A DNA stretch of 64,000 bases from Eledone cirrhosa (taxonomy: Eukaryota): contig OZ024743.1 of the NCBI GenBank assembly GCA_964016885.1, positions 290,594,001 through 290,658,000 of the forward strand, written 5' to 3'. The notes beneath the pieces were generated by a model. The model was not told the DNA's origin. It made no database searches and saw nothing but the letters and a program-made list of their open reading frames with translations. Shown here one piece after another: positions 1 through 13,316 of the stretch (positions within the stretch are counted from its first letter, which is position 1; the number at the start of each line of letters is the position of its first letter). The position numbers were made by a program, and so were the translations under genes.

Positions 1-918
1 TCACAGAGGGATCTGAAATCAGAGTGCAGACACAAAACGAATATCACAAAGATATCTATATGAAGTTCTAACGCTAATTTGCAGCCAAATATGTTACTAA
101 AATAATACATGTGAGTTGGATTTTAAGGGGTCGAATGAATTTAATTTATGGTGCAAGCCTGCTGTTATCGTTTTCGTTCTTGAATCACTGTACATACTAC
201 ACAATGATGGTGTTCTGCGTTTTTAAGTTTTAATCGGCGGAGTTAAATAATGTCTATGCTAGAATGCTTTCATGATGTTGCTAAACAATTTACTTAATAA
301 TTTAATTTCTAATGTTTACCGAAGATGGCCAGATACTAGTGTAGTTTGTGTGTTCATGGGAGTGTGTGCTGGTTAACAGTTAAATACATCATGACCTTTC
401 GTCTAACCTATTGTTTCATTCTAGTCTATGATGAAGGACTAATGTTCAAAAGGTTAAACCTCCTTTTTTGTTATATCAAACGTCAAAATAATATATATCA
501 TCACTTTGCTGTATTGTCATCTTGCACTGTTTTTCGTTGTTGTCTCGTGTGCTTTTATGTGTGAAAGTATTCGATATGGGCTATGTTTAGATGTATTGTT
601 TCCATCAAATCTTTCTCGATCGATCAGCATTGTTGGTAATGTCACATTCACCTTATTCCTGCCAACATTTATACAGGACAACTTTATCAAGTCTCTAATT
701 TCGTATTTGGTATAAAGATATGTCGTTTATGTGATTCTTCTGTTCATTTAAAAGAGTAGAGCAACGCCGTATAGACAATATCCTCGTTTACAAGTTGAGT
801 GGGAATGAACTGTATCTCCTTGAAACCAACCACGATCCACAAGTCGTAGTTGATTCTAGAGACATGAACCACTTAATGACATATTCAGTGTGAACTTTGA
901 AGTATATGATGCATTGGT

Positions 919-1103
919 GGATTGGCAGTATCGGTAGAGAGTCGTTCGCCATGCTTTGAGCATAGAGTTACCTTCCTTTATGGTCTGAGTTCAAATCCCG
1001 CCGAGGGTAACTTTGCCTTTCATCCTTACAGGGTCGATAAAAATAATGTACCAGTAATACACTGGGGTAATTCCTGGCCTTGTGCCAACAGTAGAAACAA
1101 TTA
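919..1103 (+). mobile_element. tRNA-derived SINE (MetaSINE-like)
   Basis: Pol III A-box TGGCAGTATCGG and B-box GAGTTCAAATCC, central GCCTTTCATCCTTAC..GGTCGATAAAA..GTACCAG domain, end GTAGAAACAATTA. Five more copies lie in the window. Confidence 0.85.
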
Positions 1104-1177
1104 TATATATGTACACACGCGCGCGCGGACATGTCATACATATGTTTTTTTCCTATGAATTGCAAAAGTGATAACCA

Positions 1178-1220
1178 TCTTAAACCGGGTTTGATGCCTA
1201 TCTAGGCTTTCATCAGAAGA
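1178..1220 (-). ncRNA. degenerate hammerhead motif (PLE-type remnant)
   Basis: Minus strand tctt-CTGATGA-aagcctagataggcat-cAAA-cccggttt-aaga. Stems are present but GAAA is mutated. Confidence 0.45.
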
Positions 1221-1807
1221 CATACACATAGTCTAAAAAACTCAATCGAATGTTTAATAGGGGATTGTATAAGGTATTCCTTATAGTAATATCGTGAAAA
1301 CGATAAAAGTGTTCTTAACAATTCAATTTGTAGAGACCTACATATATCTCGAATGTTTCAGTGCGTATGTTCTAAATATGCATAAGCTTATATACACATT
1401 TAGGTAGTCGGGATTAATTCTGTATACATAAAAATATAACGGTCTTAACTGCTGCAGCTGCTTGACGCACAATTTAATGTATAACTAAATTAACTATCAG
1501 CATGAGGCCTAATAATATTCAAATGAGCACTTCAATTTAAAACCATGTAATTGACAGGGTTTAAAAGCACATTTATTACTTATTACCTGGTTGTTTTTAA
1601 GATTATATATTTGACCTCTGGTGACCAACAAACTGGGCGTTTAAATCAGGTAACGCTGTTTATAATTTATTTTTCAATTAGCAAGGAAACACATTCATTT
1701 ACCCTATTTGCTTGCCTATATACGAAAAATAAATAGATTCGTCCTCTTCTATTCTGTATATATTCAGATTTAATTCTATCATATAATTCGGCTGCATAGT
1801 GCATAAA

Positions 1808-2230
<423 letters not shown>

Positions 2231-2385
2231 TGTTATACTTTGGGAGGGTCATGTTGCCAATAAGAAACACACGCACCAGTTGCTTTCACTTCAATTTAAT
2301 TTATTAAATATTTATAAATTTACAAATTTATAAATTTCTGGTTGGTTGGTTGGTTCCACAACCAGATAGTGGTTTATATATATAT

Positions 2386-2430
2386 AGTCATAGTTCTTTC
2401 GTCACACACTCTGTGACCTCTTCAGTGACT
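2386..2430 (-). ncRNA. minimal type I hammerhead ribozyme (3' pLTR)
   Basis: agtca-CTGAAGA-g-gtcaca gagtg tgtgac-GAAA-gaac-TA-tgact. Confidence 0.85.
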
Positions 2431-2735
2431 GGGGATTTCTTTCTTCGTTTCTGTGCCTTTCCTTTCTTCTATCCTACGCCATTTTGTTTGTGTGTGGGTT
2501 GCGTGCTCAGTTTGCGCATGCGCCACATCCGGGTGTCTGTGTGTGTTTGTGTTCATTTTTCTATTTTTCTATTTATATTTTTCTATTTGTTTGTTTATTT
2601 ATTTATTTATTGTTGGTTGGTTGTTTGTTCTATGTGTGTGTGTGTTTTCATTTTGTCTTGTGTGTGTTTTCATTTTGTGTGTGTTTTCAATTGTAAGTTG
2701 TTTGTTCTATGTGTGTGTGTGTTTTCATGTTGTCC

Positions 2736-5700
2736 TTAATTGTAAGTTGTGATGTTGCTGTTCCACTCATATTTTCTATTTAATTTTGGTTTTAATTCTT
2801 TTATGCTTACTGCCTCTGTAATTTGCCTAAACATTGCGTCTTTCTTGTGTGTGGATTCTATTTTTATTTCTATGCTCTCTAATTTACCCCTGTGTTCTAT
2901 CTTAGCATGTTGGTAGAGCACAGATGATTCTTTACTATCTTGGAGGTCTCGCCAGTGTTCATTTATTCGTTCCCCTATACTACGAGCTGTCTCACCTATG
3001 TACACTATATTTTTGTTTCTACATTGTCCTTCAGTACATCTTATGCTATATACTACATTTCTAGTTTTACAGTTAATATGGGGGCTTATTTTACAGGTTA
3101 TACATTTCTTATCTATACATGAGGGTCTTTGGAACGGGTATGTCTTGCTAATAAGTGTTTTTACGGAGGTACCAGGTCTTTCTACTATCTTAATATTGAG
3201 ATTATGTTTCTTTAGGGCCCTTCTAAATTTGTAGGCTAGTTCGCCTCTAGGGGTTGTATTGATGAACATTACACTCTGGTAGTTATTGCTATCATACCAT
3301 GAATTTATTCTATTGGCCTTGTTCTTAGTTCTTTCTATTCTATTCCAGAATTTGCTCCTATACAAGGGGCAGGTCCCATTTATGTCATTATTTACCATTT
3401 TTTCCCATTTGGTTCTGGCTCCTTTATACACTCTGATTCTATCTCTCTGATTGTAGCCAGAGAACTGCATACGGTGGATGAAGTGTTGTATGTGTCTCTC
3501 TAGTTCTTCGGGGTTGCACATGCGGGACACATTTCTCATCACCCGTACCAAATCCGCAATCAGTATGTTGATTTTGGTATGGTCCGAAATGGCCGAGTTT
3601 CGGTGGATCAGATGTTTGGAAGTCATGGGTTTGGCATAATGGGAATGGAGGATTTGTTTTTGGTTGTTAATAGTATCTAACCAGAGCTCTGTGTCTAGTA
3701 CAGGTAATCGATGGTTGGGGTGTCTACTTGGGTAGTCTATAGTAACTCTAATGCTCTGGTGGATGGAGTTTGCTATTTGCTGGATGCTTTCCATTGTGTT
3801 TTTCTCTAGTTCCTGACTGTTCTTTAGTGGGGGTGTCTTAACTACGATGTTTATATCATCTACGTAGCGGGAGTACATTATCAGGGTTAAGCTGTCTTCT
3901 AATTGTTCATTAAGTTTTTGTTTAAGTCTACTGTCCCACCATACCATGAATAAGTTAGCTATGTCGCCTGCAATGCTAACACCAATGGCTGCTCCTTCCT
4001 CTTGGGCATATGTTTTACCATTAAATTTGAACATATGTTCCTTAAGGGTTAATTTTATGCTGGCCCCTACCGCATGTGCAATCATTTTCTTCAGTTCATC
4101 GTGGTTTTCGGGTGTCCGTATGGCTCTGGTCCACCCGTTCCATCTATCTGTGTGGGTTTTCTTGGCCATTGAGGTAATGGTAGGTGGTCTGCCTCTTGCT
4201 GGTCTTGTAGGGCACAGGTTGCTAAGGTCATAAGTGTCTAGGTAACTATTACTATGGGTAAGCTTAAGTAGAAGTCCCAGCTCACTGGTATCAATCCCAC
4301 GGAACTCAACCTTGCTCTCGCTGATCATTTCGACGCATTTCTCCACAGCAAAATCCACGTCAATAGATGGATACAGCGACACAACATCCATACTGCCTAT
4401 TATGCAGTTTGTTAGGTCCCCAGATCGGTTACCCGCGCCGATTCTGCTGAGGAGGTCCTCCGTGCTGTCACACACATCTGGGGACATCTCAATGATGGGG
4501 CGTATGATCAGGGAGAGGAAGTAGGACAGTCTGTAGTTACTAGCAATGTTAGCCCCACAGACTGGCCGTGTTGGTGGTCCCGCGACAGGGTCCCAGCCCG
4601 TTTTATGGTCTTTACGAAGCCCATACAACGCCGGCACGTCATTGTTCCAGGCCTGGAAGTTGTTGGCAGTCCTTTTGTTGGGCTGCATTATATTTGTCCA
4701 CATCACCATATGGGCATTGAGGGTTTTGTCTCTATCCTCATGCTCCTGTGGTGTTACCTCTCTTGTGTTAGTGATGTGGGTTTGCATTGCCTGGATGTAG
4801 TTTGGCAGGCTGTCAACCGACATTCTGCCAGACTTGTCTGTTGGAAAGCATGCTATCTCTTCATTACGCGAGCGCTGCATGAGCTTACGCAAGCCATTTG
4901 CAGATTCTTCTCCCAGTTGCTGGGCCTCTATTCTATTATGCTTCTTGCTATACTGTTCTATAATATTTCTAAGTTCGGATTTAGCTATACTAAATTGTGC
5001 TTCTGTTTGTTCATCGACCTGCGACGGCAACTGCGTGCGTTTGTTAAATGGCAAAGTCGTGGCGTGGACTCGTCGTAGGTCGAATGATTTATCGGAGGGG
5101 TTATAAAACGGAGAGTTCCAGGCTGCTGCTTTATGTGTACTAGTGTTATTGTTATTGTTAGTTGTGTTGTTTCTATTTCCACCAACAGCAGCAGCCTCAG
5201 CTTCATGGTTGTTTCTATGTCTCTCATAATTACTCCTGTCTCTTTCCACTGGCTCAATGTTGTTATCTACCCTATTTTGTGTGTCTGTGTGTTCGTCTTG
5301 GTTATTCTCTTTGTCCTTAGTCTCCCATCTCATTTTCCTTTTCCTTTTAATCCTATTACTTTCTCTTATTTTTCTGATTTCTGTGCTACTGTCATTACTT
5401 GTTTTCTGTGTCTGTGTGTTTGTTAAGATTGTGGTGGTGGTGAGAGGCATTGAATGCGTGTGTGTTGTTGTTGTTGATGTGTGTTGTTGTTGATGTGTGT
5501 TGTTGTTGTCTCCGTGTGTGTGTGTGTTATCGTTGTTGTGTGTGTTGTTATTGTTGTTTGTGTTTGCGTGTCTGTTGTTGTTGTATCTGGGTATGTTGCT
5601 GTTGTTGTTGTTGTTGATGTGTGTGTTGTTGTTATTATTGTCTCCGTGTGTGTTGTTATTGTTGTTTGTGTCTGCGTGTCTGTTGTATCTGGGTATGTTG

Positions 5701-5990
5701 CTATTGTTGTTGTTGTATCTGGGTATGTTGCTATTGTTGTTGTTATTGTTGTTTGTGTCTGTGTGTCTGTTGTTGTTGGGATGTGTGTTGTATATGTGTG
5801 TGCGTATATTGTTGCTTTTGTTTTTGTTTTTGATGCTCCAGCGTAGTTTCGTAAATGATTTTTCTATTTCTGACAGACAACTAATCATATTTACCTTCTG
5901 GAATGTCGCAAATTTGGGTGGCAGACGTAACACAGACATTTCGTTATTATCTATTTCCGTGTTTCCATAAATGTTGGTATTTTCATTGTT
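2736..5990 (-). CDS. PLE reverse transcriptase + C-terminal GIY-YIG endonuclease, uninterrupted; true N-terminus lost at the inversion junction
   Basis: PTDKSG, LYGLRKDHK, PTRPV, GSMDVVSLYPSI, GAAIG, YSRYVDD, LPVLD, a Cys-rich linker, VVYSIRC..YIGETARS..ERINEH, and RQITEA..LNRKYEW. Confidence 0.93.
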   Translation of the reverse strand, partial: NNENTNIYGNTEIDNNEMSVLRLPPKFATFQKVNMISCLSEIEKSFTKLRWSIKNKNKSNNIRTHIYNTHPNNNRHTDTNNNNNNNSNIPRYNNNNSNIPRYNRHADTNNNNNTHGDNNNNNTHINNNNNSNIPRYNNNRHANTNNNNNTHNNDNTHTHGDNNNTHQQQHTSTTTTHTHSMPLTTTTILTNTQTQKTSNDSSTEIRKIRESNRIKRKRKMRWETKDKENNQDEHTDTQNRVDNNIEPVERDRSNYERHRNNHEAEAAAVGGNRNNTTNNNNNTSTHKAAAWNSPFYNPSDKSFDLRRVHATTLPFNKRTQLPSQVDEQTEAQFSIAKSELRNIIEQYSKKHNRIEAQQLGEESANGLRKLMQRSRNEEIACFPTDKSGRMSVDSLPNYIQAMQTHITNTREVTPQEHEDRDKTLNAHMVMWTNIMQPNKRTANNFQAWNNDVPALYGLRKDHKTGWDPVAGPPTRPVCGANIASNYRLSYFLSLIIRPIIEMSPDVCDSTEDLLSRIGAGNRSGDLTNCIIGSMDVVSLYPSIDVDFAVEKCVEMISESKVEFRGIDTSELGLLLKLTHSNSYLDTYDLSNLCPTRPARGRPPTITSMAKKTHTDRWNGWTRAIRTPENHDELKKMIAHAVGASIKLTLKEHMFKFNGKTYAQEEGAAIGVSIAGDIANLFMVWWDSRLKQKLNEQLEDSLTLIMYSRYVDDINIVVKTPPLKNSQELEKNTMESIQQIANSIHQSIRVTIDYPSRHPNHRLPVLDTELWLDTINNQKQILHSHYAKPMTSKHLIHRNSAISDHTKINILIADLVRVMRNVSRMCNPEELERHIQHFIHRMQFSGYNQRDRIRVYKGARTKWEKMVNNDINGTCPLYRSKFWNRIERTKNKANRINSWYDSNNYQSVMFINTTPRGELAYKFRRALKKHNLNIKIVERPGTSVKTLISKTYPFQRPSCIDKKCITCKISPHINCKTRNVVYSIRCTEGQCRNKNIVYIGETARSIGERINEHWRDLQDSKESSVLYQHAKIEHRGKLESIEIKIESTHKKDAMFRQITEAVSIKELKPKLNRKYEWNSNITTYN

Positions 5991-6209
5991 GAAAACACAC
6001 ACACACATAGAACAAACAACCAACCAACAATAAATAAATAAATAAACAAACAAATAGAAAAATATAAATAGAAAAATAGAAAAATGAACACAAACACACA
6101 CAGACACCCGGATGTGGCGCATGCGCAAACTGAGCACGCAACCCACACACAAACAAAATGGCGTAGGATAGAAGAAAGGAAAGGCACAGAAACGAAGAAA
6201 GAAATCCCC

Positions 6210-6254
6210 AGTCACTGAAGAGGTCACAGAGTGTGTGACGAAAGATCTATGACT
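6210..6254 (+). ncRNA. minimal type I hammerhead ribozyme (inverted pLTR)
   Basis: agtca-CTGAAGA-g-gtcaca gagtg tgtgac-GAAA-gatc-TA-tgact. Palindromic GATC in stem III; predicted cleavage after CUA at 6249. Confidence 0.9.
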
Positions 6255-6467
6255 ATATATATATAAACAACTATCTGGTTGTGGAACCAACCAACCAACC
6301 AGAAATTTATAAATTTGTAAATTTATAAATATTTAATAAATTAAATTGAAGTGAAAGCAACTGGTGCGTGTGTTTCTTATTGGCAACATGACCCTCCCAA
6401 AGTATAACAATATCGGTTTCAACACACGATTTCAGATAAAGAATCTTGCTAAACAAATTCAGAAACG

Positions 6468-6507
<40 letters not shown>

Positions 6508-6510
6508 GGC

Positions 6511-6680
6511 TTCTACAGGACGAGAACTATTTCATTTGGGAGAGATCATCAGGAGAACTTCTCCCGAATGAAACAGTTCTAGTAATTTAGAAGTCATTTC
6601 TATATTAAATATTTATACTCTGCTATGTATTGACTACCTTACTTACTGTGGCTACCCACCATTTGAACCCGGGATAAACT
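6511..6680. mobile_element. head-to-head HHR palindrome family, copy 1 (tail on right arm)
   Basis: ttctacaggacgagaactatttcat..atcatcagg / ttctcccgaatgaaacagttctagt..gaag followed by a tail ending aacccgggataaac. Confidence 0.75.
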
Positions 6681-6827
6681 TATATATGTATATATATATA
6701 TATATATAAATATTAGTTGTAATAGAATGAAGCGAAATTTCATTTCTCACTCTTAGTACGGCACTTACTTAAATGTAAGTATGTATGTATACGTACATAC
6801 ATATATGTATACAGACGTACAGTAGCA

Positions 6828-6933
<106 letters not shown>

Positions 6934-6989
6934 CAGGTACACATATATATATGTACGTATCAGTTTAGCGGACGTTTATTATAACGCCC

Positions 6990-7165
6990 GCTTTGTCCGT
7001 TTGTCTACAAACGGACAGCCTGAAAATCGCTAGAAATAGCCGTCGAATGGGCTTGAGATCTGCCGTCGGGGTCTTGAACATTTTCCTATTACCGACTCCA
7101 CTACCGAAACTATTGAGTACTCTGGTGCGTTATGGTCCACCTGACTCCTTGCCACACTTCCTTCG

Positions 7166-7169
<4 letters not shown>
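6990..7169 (+). repeat. dispersed repeat family (also 21545-21700 -, 57015-57130 +), probably a retroelement 3' end
   Basis: Shared gagatctgccgtcggggtcttgaac..gtactctggtgcgttatggtccac..ccacacttcc. Confidence 0.7.
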
Positions 7170-7200
<31 letters not shown>

Positions 7201-7202
7201 TA

Positions 7203-7384
7203 CGTTATTCCGGGTTGTATCGGAGGTAACCACAGTAAGTAAGGTACTTAATACATAACAGAGTATAAAAGTTTTAATATAGATGAGATTCTACAGGACT
7301 AGAACTGTTTCATTCTTTAGAAATCACCAGATTATTTCTTAAGAATGAAACAGTTCTTGTCCTGTAGAATCTCATCTATATTAA
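7203..7384. mobile_element. head-to-head HHR palindrome family, copy 2 (tail on left arm)
   Basis: Near-perfect inverted repeat 7274-7384; the left extension is the reverse complement of the copy 1 tail. Confidence 0.8.
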
Positions 7385-7396
7385 CACTATATATAT

Positions 7397-7448
<52 letters not shown>

Positions 7449-7901
7449 TATTAAAAAAATAATGAATAAACAAAGAAACAGTTCCTTATATTAAACAAAA
7501 AAAGTTCATTATCTTATCGTTTCTAGGACATATATGTGTTAGAATTGGTATGCATATTCAAAAGATCTATTTACAAAATTATACAAACTATCAGAGAGAA
7601 TATACATACCTTCACATATATATGCTGTCTTCAGAAATAATGATGCTTGTTTATTGTTAATAACAACAATTCAAAATAACAGGTTTGTTTGGGAACAGAT
7701 TTTAAATAGACCAATGAAATAAGGATTGAGATACATAAACATTTATCAAGAAAATACAGTTAGGTGTGTGTATATATGTATGTAAATACGCTCACAGATG
7801 TGCATAAAAGTGTATGCTCATATGTATACATATGTTGAAAAAGTGTATGTAAATATAAAAATTTAGGGCTAATGTATCTATATGTCTATAATCTACAGAC
7901 A

Positions 7902-7938
<37 letters not shown>

Positions 7939-7944
7939 TATATA

Positions 7945-8014
<70 letters not shown>

Positions 8015-8527
8015 TATACATATATTATTATTATATTATAAATATATGGATATTGAGGCGCTCACATAAACACGCCCACACACAGTTACATTTAGATGCG
8101 GAAGTAAAAGAGGTAACGGGGTATAGTAATTAAAGGAAAGTGTCAATCTCGACATACTTATAAAAATGTATCAATAAAATTAGAAATAAAATTTTTTTTT
8201 TATAGAAGGAAAGAACACAAAAAAAGGAAACGAAAAAAGATAAAAAAAAAGGGGGGGGCGTACGTACATACACAGACACGAATGTCTCACAAAAGAAATA
8301 TAAAAAACATAAAAGAGAGACATAAAATATACATGCTTATATACATACGCACATTTACACATCCATACGTTCGATACATACATACGTACACACACACACA
8401 TACACATACTTAACCTCACGCATATTGACCTGTGTGTATGCACACACATAAAAATAAGTAAATCATATACCCATACATAATAAATACACACCCATATATA
8501 TATATACACATACACATATATATATAT

Positions 8528-8588
<61 letters not shown>

Positions 8589-9914
8589 TACCCTGTATAT
8601 ATACACAACCACACACACTCAAACATACATATATATAGAGACATACACACACATATATATATATATACACAGTCAGACACATATACACATATATACAGAT
8701 ACATACACACATCTCTACACATACATATACATACACATACATACATACACATATATATACATATATATATATATATACACATACACACACATATACATGC
8801 GCACATATGTATTTTTATACTCACATACAAACACACAAACATACATACACACTTACATACACATACACACATCCACGCTTACAAATACAAATAATTATTG
8901 GGGGGGGGATTAAAATTATTTGTGGGAAATAGTAAATATATAGGTTTCAAGGAACATAGAATATTAATCTGCAGTTAAATCATTATATGTGTTTACATAG
9001 TGGTATCAGTTTTAGGAAATGGTATTTGTAAGAAGGAAGGCTAAATTATGTATTTTAATATAAGTAGAATATTAATTATAGGTTAACTAAAATAAAAATA
9101 GTTAATATATTAATTTTTAAGGTGTATACTAATTAGGTTTATAATATTTAAAGCGGAATTTTGAAGTTAAACAGTAGTAGAGTATTAATTATAGCATAAC
9201 TAAATTAAAAATAATTACATATATTTATATGATGGTATCAATTTTAGGAAATGAATTTTGTAATAGGGAAAGCCAAATTAAGTATTTCATCGGTAGTAGA
9301 TTATTAATTATAGGTTAACTAAATTAAAAATGATATGTTAATTTCTATAGTATATGTTAATTAGGTTTATAATAATTAAAGCAAAATTTTGTATTTTATC
9401 TATAGTAGAATTTTGATTATAGGTTAACTAAATTAAAATTAATCTATATATTAATTTGTAAAGTGTATATTAATTAGGTATATATTTAAAAGTTTTTCTC
9501 AGTTTATGATTACACGATATTCTGCATTTCATCTGTATTAGAATTTTAATTATGAGCTAACTAAATTAAAATTATAGGTTAACTAATTTAAAATTAATTC
9601 ATATATTAATTTCTAAATTGTATATTAATTAGGTTTATAATATTAAAAAGTATTTCTCCGTTTTTAATTACACGATATTTTGTTGTATTTCATCTGTAAA
9701 AAACTTTTAATAATAGGTTAAATAAACTAAAATTAATCTATATATTAATTTCCAAAGTATATATTAATTAGGTTAATAATATTTAAATGTTTTTCACAGT
9801 TTATGATTATACGATATTTTTTAATTTCATCTGTAGTAGAATTTTAATTAAATTAAAATTATAGGTTAACCACATTAAAATTAATTTATATATTAATTTC
9901 TAAAATATATATTA

Positions 9915-10595
9915 TTAATTAGGTTTATAATATTTAAATGTTTTTCTCAGTTTATGATTACACGATATTATTAATTCCTGTCGCTTAGATTTCATTATTT
10001 CAAATAGTTCTTGAGAACACAATCTACATTCATTTCTATTATTTTGATAAGGGGTGGCTCTTTTGAGCACACTCCAGGTCATATCATATTCTATATTCTT
10101 ATTTCTATAACAATTAATTTGTTCTGCTAGAGATGTTGTATTAGCCTTTTCGGAGTTTTTAAAACTATGTTTGTGGGTATTAAACCTTACCTTAAAATTG
10201 TTAGAAGTAGCTCCTATATATGAGCAAATAGAATCCTTAGTTTTAACTTTACATTTATATAATATGTTGTTAACAAGACAATTTCCTTTTAATGGGCAGT
10301 TTGCCTTGTTTCTACAGTTACAACCTTTCGTTAATTCTGTATTTGAGGAGATATTATGGCTAGTTTCATGTACTGGTGGTATACTTATGGTTTTTTTACA
10401 TTTATATGCATTATAGGCACTTATATTTTGTTTTATCTTTTTGGTTGTTGAGTATGAGAATTTAACTGTTGATCTATTTAAGATTTGATGGTATTTGTGG
10501 TTTGGCGGGAAGTTTTTCTCTAGGATATTAAACAATTTTTTAGGTATATTATCCTTAATTTGTAAATTAAATGGAGCATTATACCAAGTAACTCA
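9915..10595 (-). pseudogene. inverted duplicate of the Naiad C-terminal GIY-YIG endonuclease region
   Basis: CNCRNKANCPLKGNC, ILYKC..SYIGATSNNFKVRFNTH, CRLC..E, ISCNH; mirror of 12638-13316. Confidence 0.9.
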
Positions 10596-10878
10596 TCTAT
10601 TACGCTTCTATATTGTTTATTGTTTTTATAGGATGCATCCTGATGTTTACTAGGAGGATTATTGTTAATGACCTCTCCACGCACATTTTTAGTTAGATTT
10701 ATTGATTTAGGTGTTTTAGCTTGTTTATTAAGAGTTTTATTATTAACATTTATTAGAGTTGTATGATGAGTAGTTTTTTGAGAGTTACTATACAATAGTA
10801 TATACATATATATGTATGATTTTATAACTCCATATACAATTAGTTGAGCTCTTTCTCTTGTCCATTATCAATATCACA

Positions 10879-13316
10879 ATGGAAAAACAATACTTGGCAA
10901 CTTCTTTAAAGAATATACCAGTACCTTCTAAGGATGATTTCTTACTCCTTATGATACAGAAAACTAACCAATTTATCAGAAGAGTCAGATGGAGGGCCTT
11001 CCACTTCGATAAAAAATCTAAATATACAGATAGGAAATATATGTATGATTTCACTACTTATAAGAATCCACCACACAACTCTCTACTTGAAAACTTTGAG
11101 AAAGACCTTTTTAATTTAATTAAACACCTCAAATTTAAGAAGTATAAATCTATCTTTCAAAAGGACCTTAATTCTACCCTATTGGACCTAAAAACATCTA
11201 AAGAAATCCATGTCCACTCGGACAAAACTGGAAACCTATATCACATGGATATTGAAAATTACAATGAGTTCATATATAAAGAACTCAGGAAAAATTATAG
11301 AAAAACTAATAATGCGTCACTCACCAACATCAACAACAAAACACACAACATAGTGAATAAACTAAATATTGAAGATAGAACTGAACCTTTGGCATTGAAA
11401 AGACCACACTTCAACCTGAAAGATCATAAATCAAACTTTAACTCTAATCCTTCTATAAGACTTATATGTCCCTCCAAATCGGATATTGGAATAATTAGCA
11501 AAAAAAATTTAGATAGAGTCATCCCACAAATAAGAAAACATGTTAATTTACCACTCTGGGAAAACACTTCCCAGGTAATTAACTGGTTTAATAATATTAG
11601 ATGTAAATCTTCTGCTTCATTTCTACAATTTGATATAGATAATTACTATTCTTCTATATCACCTATACTCCTGAACAAAGCTTTGATATTTGCTAAAAAT
11701 AGATCTAACTTAACTTTGGATGACATTAATATTATTACACATGCTAGACTAACACTTATTGAATTTCAGAATGAATACTGGACCAGAAACACATATAGTA
11801 ATCTATTTGATATTACTATGGGTTCAAGCGATTCTGCCCAAATTACTGATCTTGTGGGCCTCTTTCTTCTTTTTAACATAAATGCTTCCTTTCCCCACCT
11901 TAAAGGTGGTTTATATCGGGATGACTGTCTTCTTCTTTCCAACAACCTTAGCCTCTCAGGAATGGAATAGAAACAAACAAAAAGCTTATCAGAACTTTCC
12001 TTAAAGACTATTATTGTCTAGATATTACTTTTGAAAACACAAGTAAAGTAGTTAATTTCCTAGATATAACTTTAGGCTTGGCTACGGGTATCTACCAACC
12101 TTACCATAAACCCAACCAAAACTTACACTACACACGCTCACAATCTAATCACCCTAAATCTATCCTTAAAAACCTTGCATATAATATCTCTCTTAGAATT
12201 TCTAACCTTTCGTCTAACCAAGATGTATTTGATAAAAATGCGACCTTCTATAACGAAGCTCTAGCTAGAAGTGGCCACGAAAATAGATTGGAATATATAC
12301 CTTCTACCAATAACACTATAAACATACAACCTAATATTACCAACAAACACCAAATGAAAAGTACACACCTAAATGCCATTCACACTATACCCCAAAATAC
12401 CAACATAAAACCAAATTTCTCTAACTCCTCTAATATAAAGTATAGTAACTCTCAAAAAACTACTCATCATACAACTCTAATAAATGTTAATAATAAAACT
12501 CCTAATAAACAAGCTAAACACCTAAATCAATAAATCTAACTAAAAATGTGCGTGGAGAGGTCATTAACAATAATCCTCCTAGTAAACATCAGGATGTATC
12601 CTATAAAAACAATAAACAACATAGAAACCGTAATAGATGAGTTACTTGGTATAATGCTCCATTTAATTTACAAATTAAGGATAATATACCTAAAAAATTG
12701 TTTAATATCCTAGAGAAAAACTTCCCGCCAAACCACAAATACCATCAAATCTTAAATAGATCAACAGTTAAATTCTCATACTCAACAACCAAAAAGATAA
12801 AACAAAATATAAGTGCCTATAATGCATATAAATGTAAAAAAACCATAAGTATACCACCAGTACATGAAACTAGCCATAATATCTCCTTAAATACAGAATT
12901 AACGAAAGGTTGTAACTGTAGAAACAAGGCAAACTGCCCATTAAAAGGAAATTGTCTTGTTAACAACATATTATATAAATGTAAAGTTAAAACTAAGGAT
13001 TCTATTTGCTCATATATAGGAGCTACTTCTAACAATTTTAAGGTAAGGTTTAATACCCACAAACATAGTTTTAAAAACTCCGCACTGGCTAATACAACAT
13101 CTCTAGCAGAACAAATTAATTGTTATAGAAATAAGAATAGAATATGATATGACCTGGAGTGTGCTCAAAAGAGCCACCCCTTATCAAAATAATAGAAATG
13201 AATGTAGATTGTGTTCTCAAGAACTATTTGAAATAATGAAATCTAAGCGACAGGAATTAATAATATCGTGTAATCATAAACTGAGAAAAACATTTAAATA
13301 TTATAAACCTAATTAA
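10879..13316 (+). pseudogene. full-length but disrupted Naiad RT-EN ORF
   Basis: ATG at 10879. Frame breaks near 11970, ~12515 and ~13140, and an in-frame TGA at 12638. Confidence 0.9.

Noticed and set aside
919-1005. tRNA gene
   Set aside because: The A and B boxes belong to a multicopy SINE head with no cloverleaf.
5991-6290. N-terminal ~100 aa (MVPQPD..) of the 1184-aa ORF, and the matching ORF 2350-2739
   Set aside because: It is the antisense reading of the inverted 3' UTR, starts at TTG and is fused in frame by chance; not a real N-terminus.
9000-9970. CRISPR-like or organellar AT-rich array
   Set aside because: Degenerate tandem units without unique spacers; it is the mirror of the Naiad 3' UTR minisatellite.
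12905-13290. Selenocysteine codons in Naiad Cys motifs
   Set aside because: The Cys positions I read in families B, C, D and the fragments are TGT/TGC.
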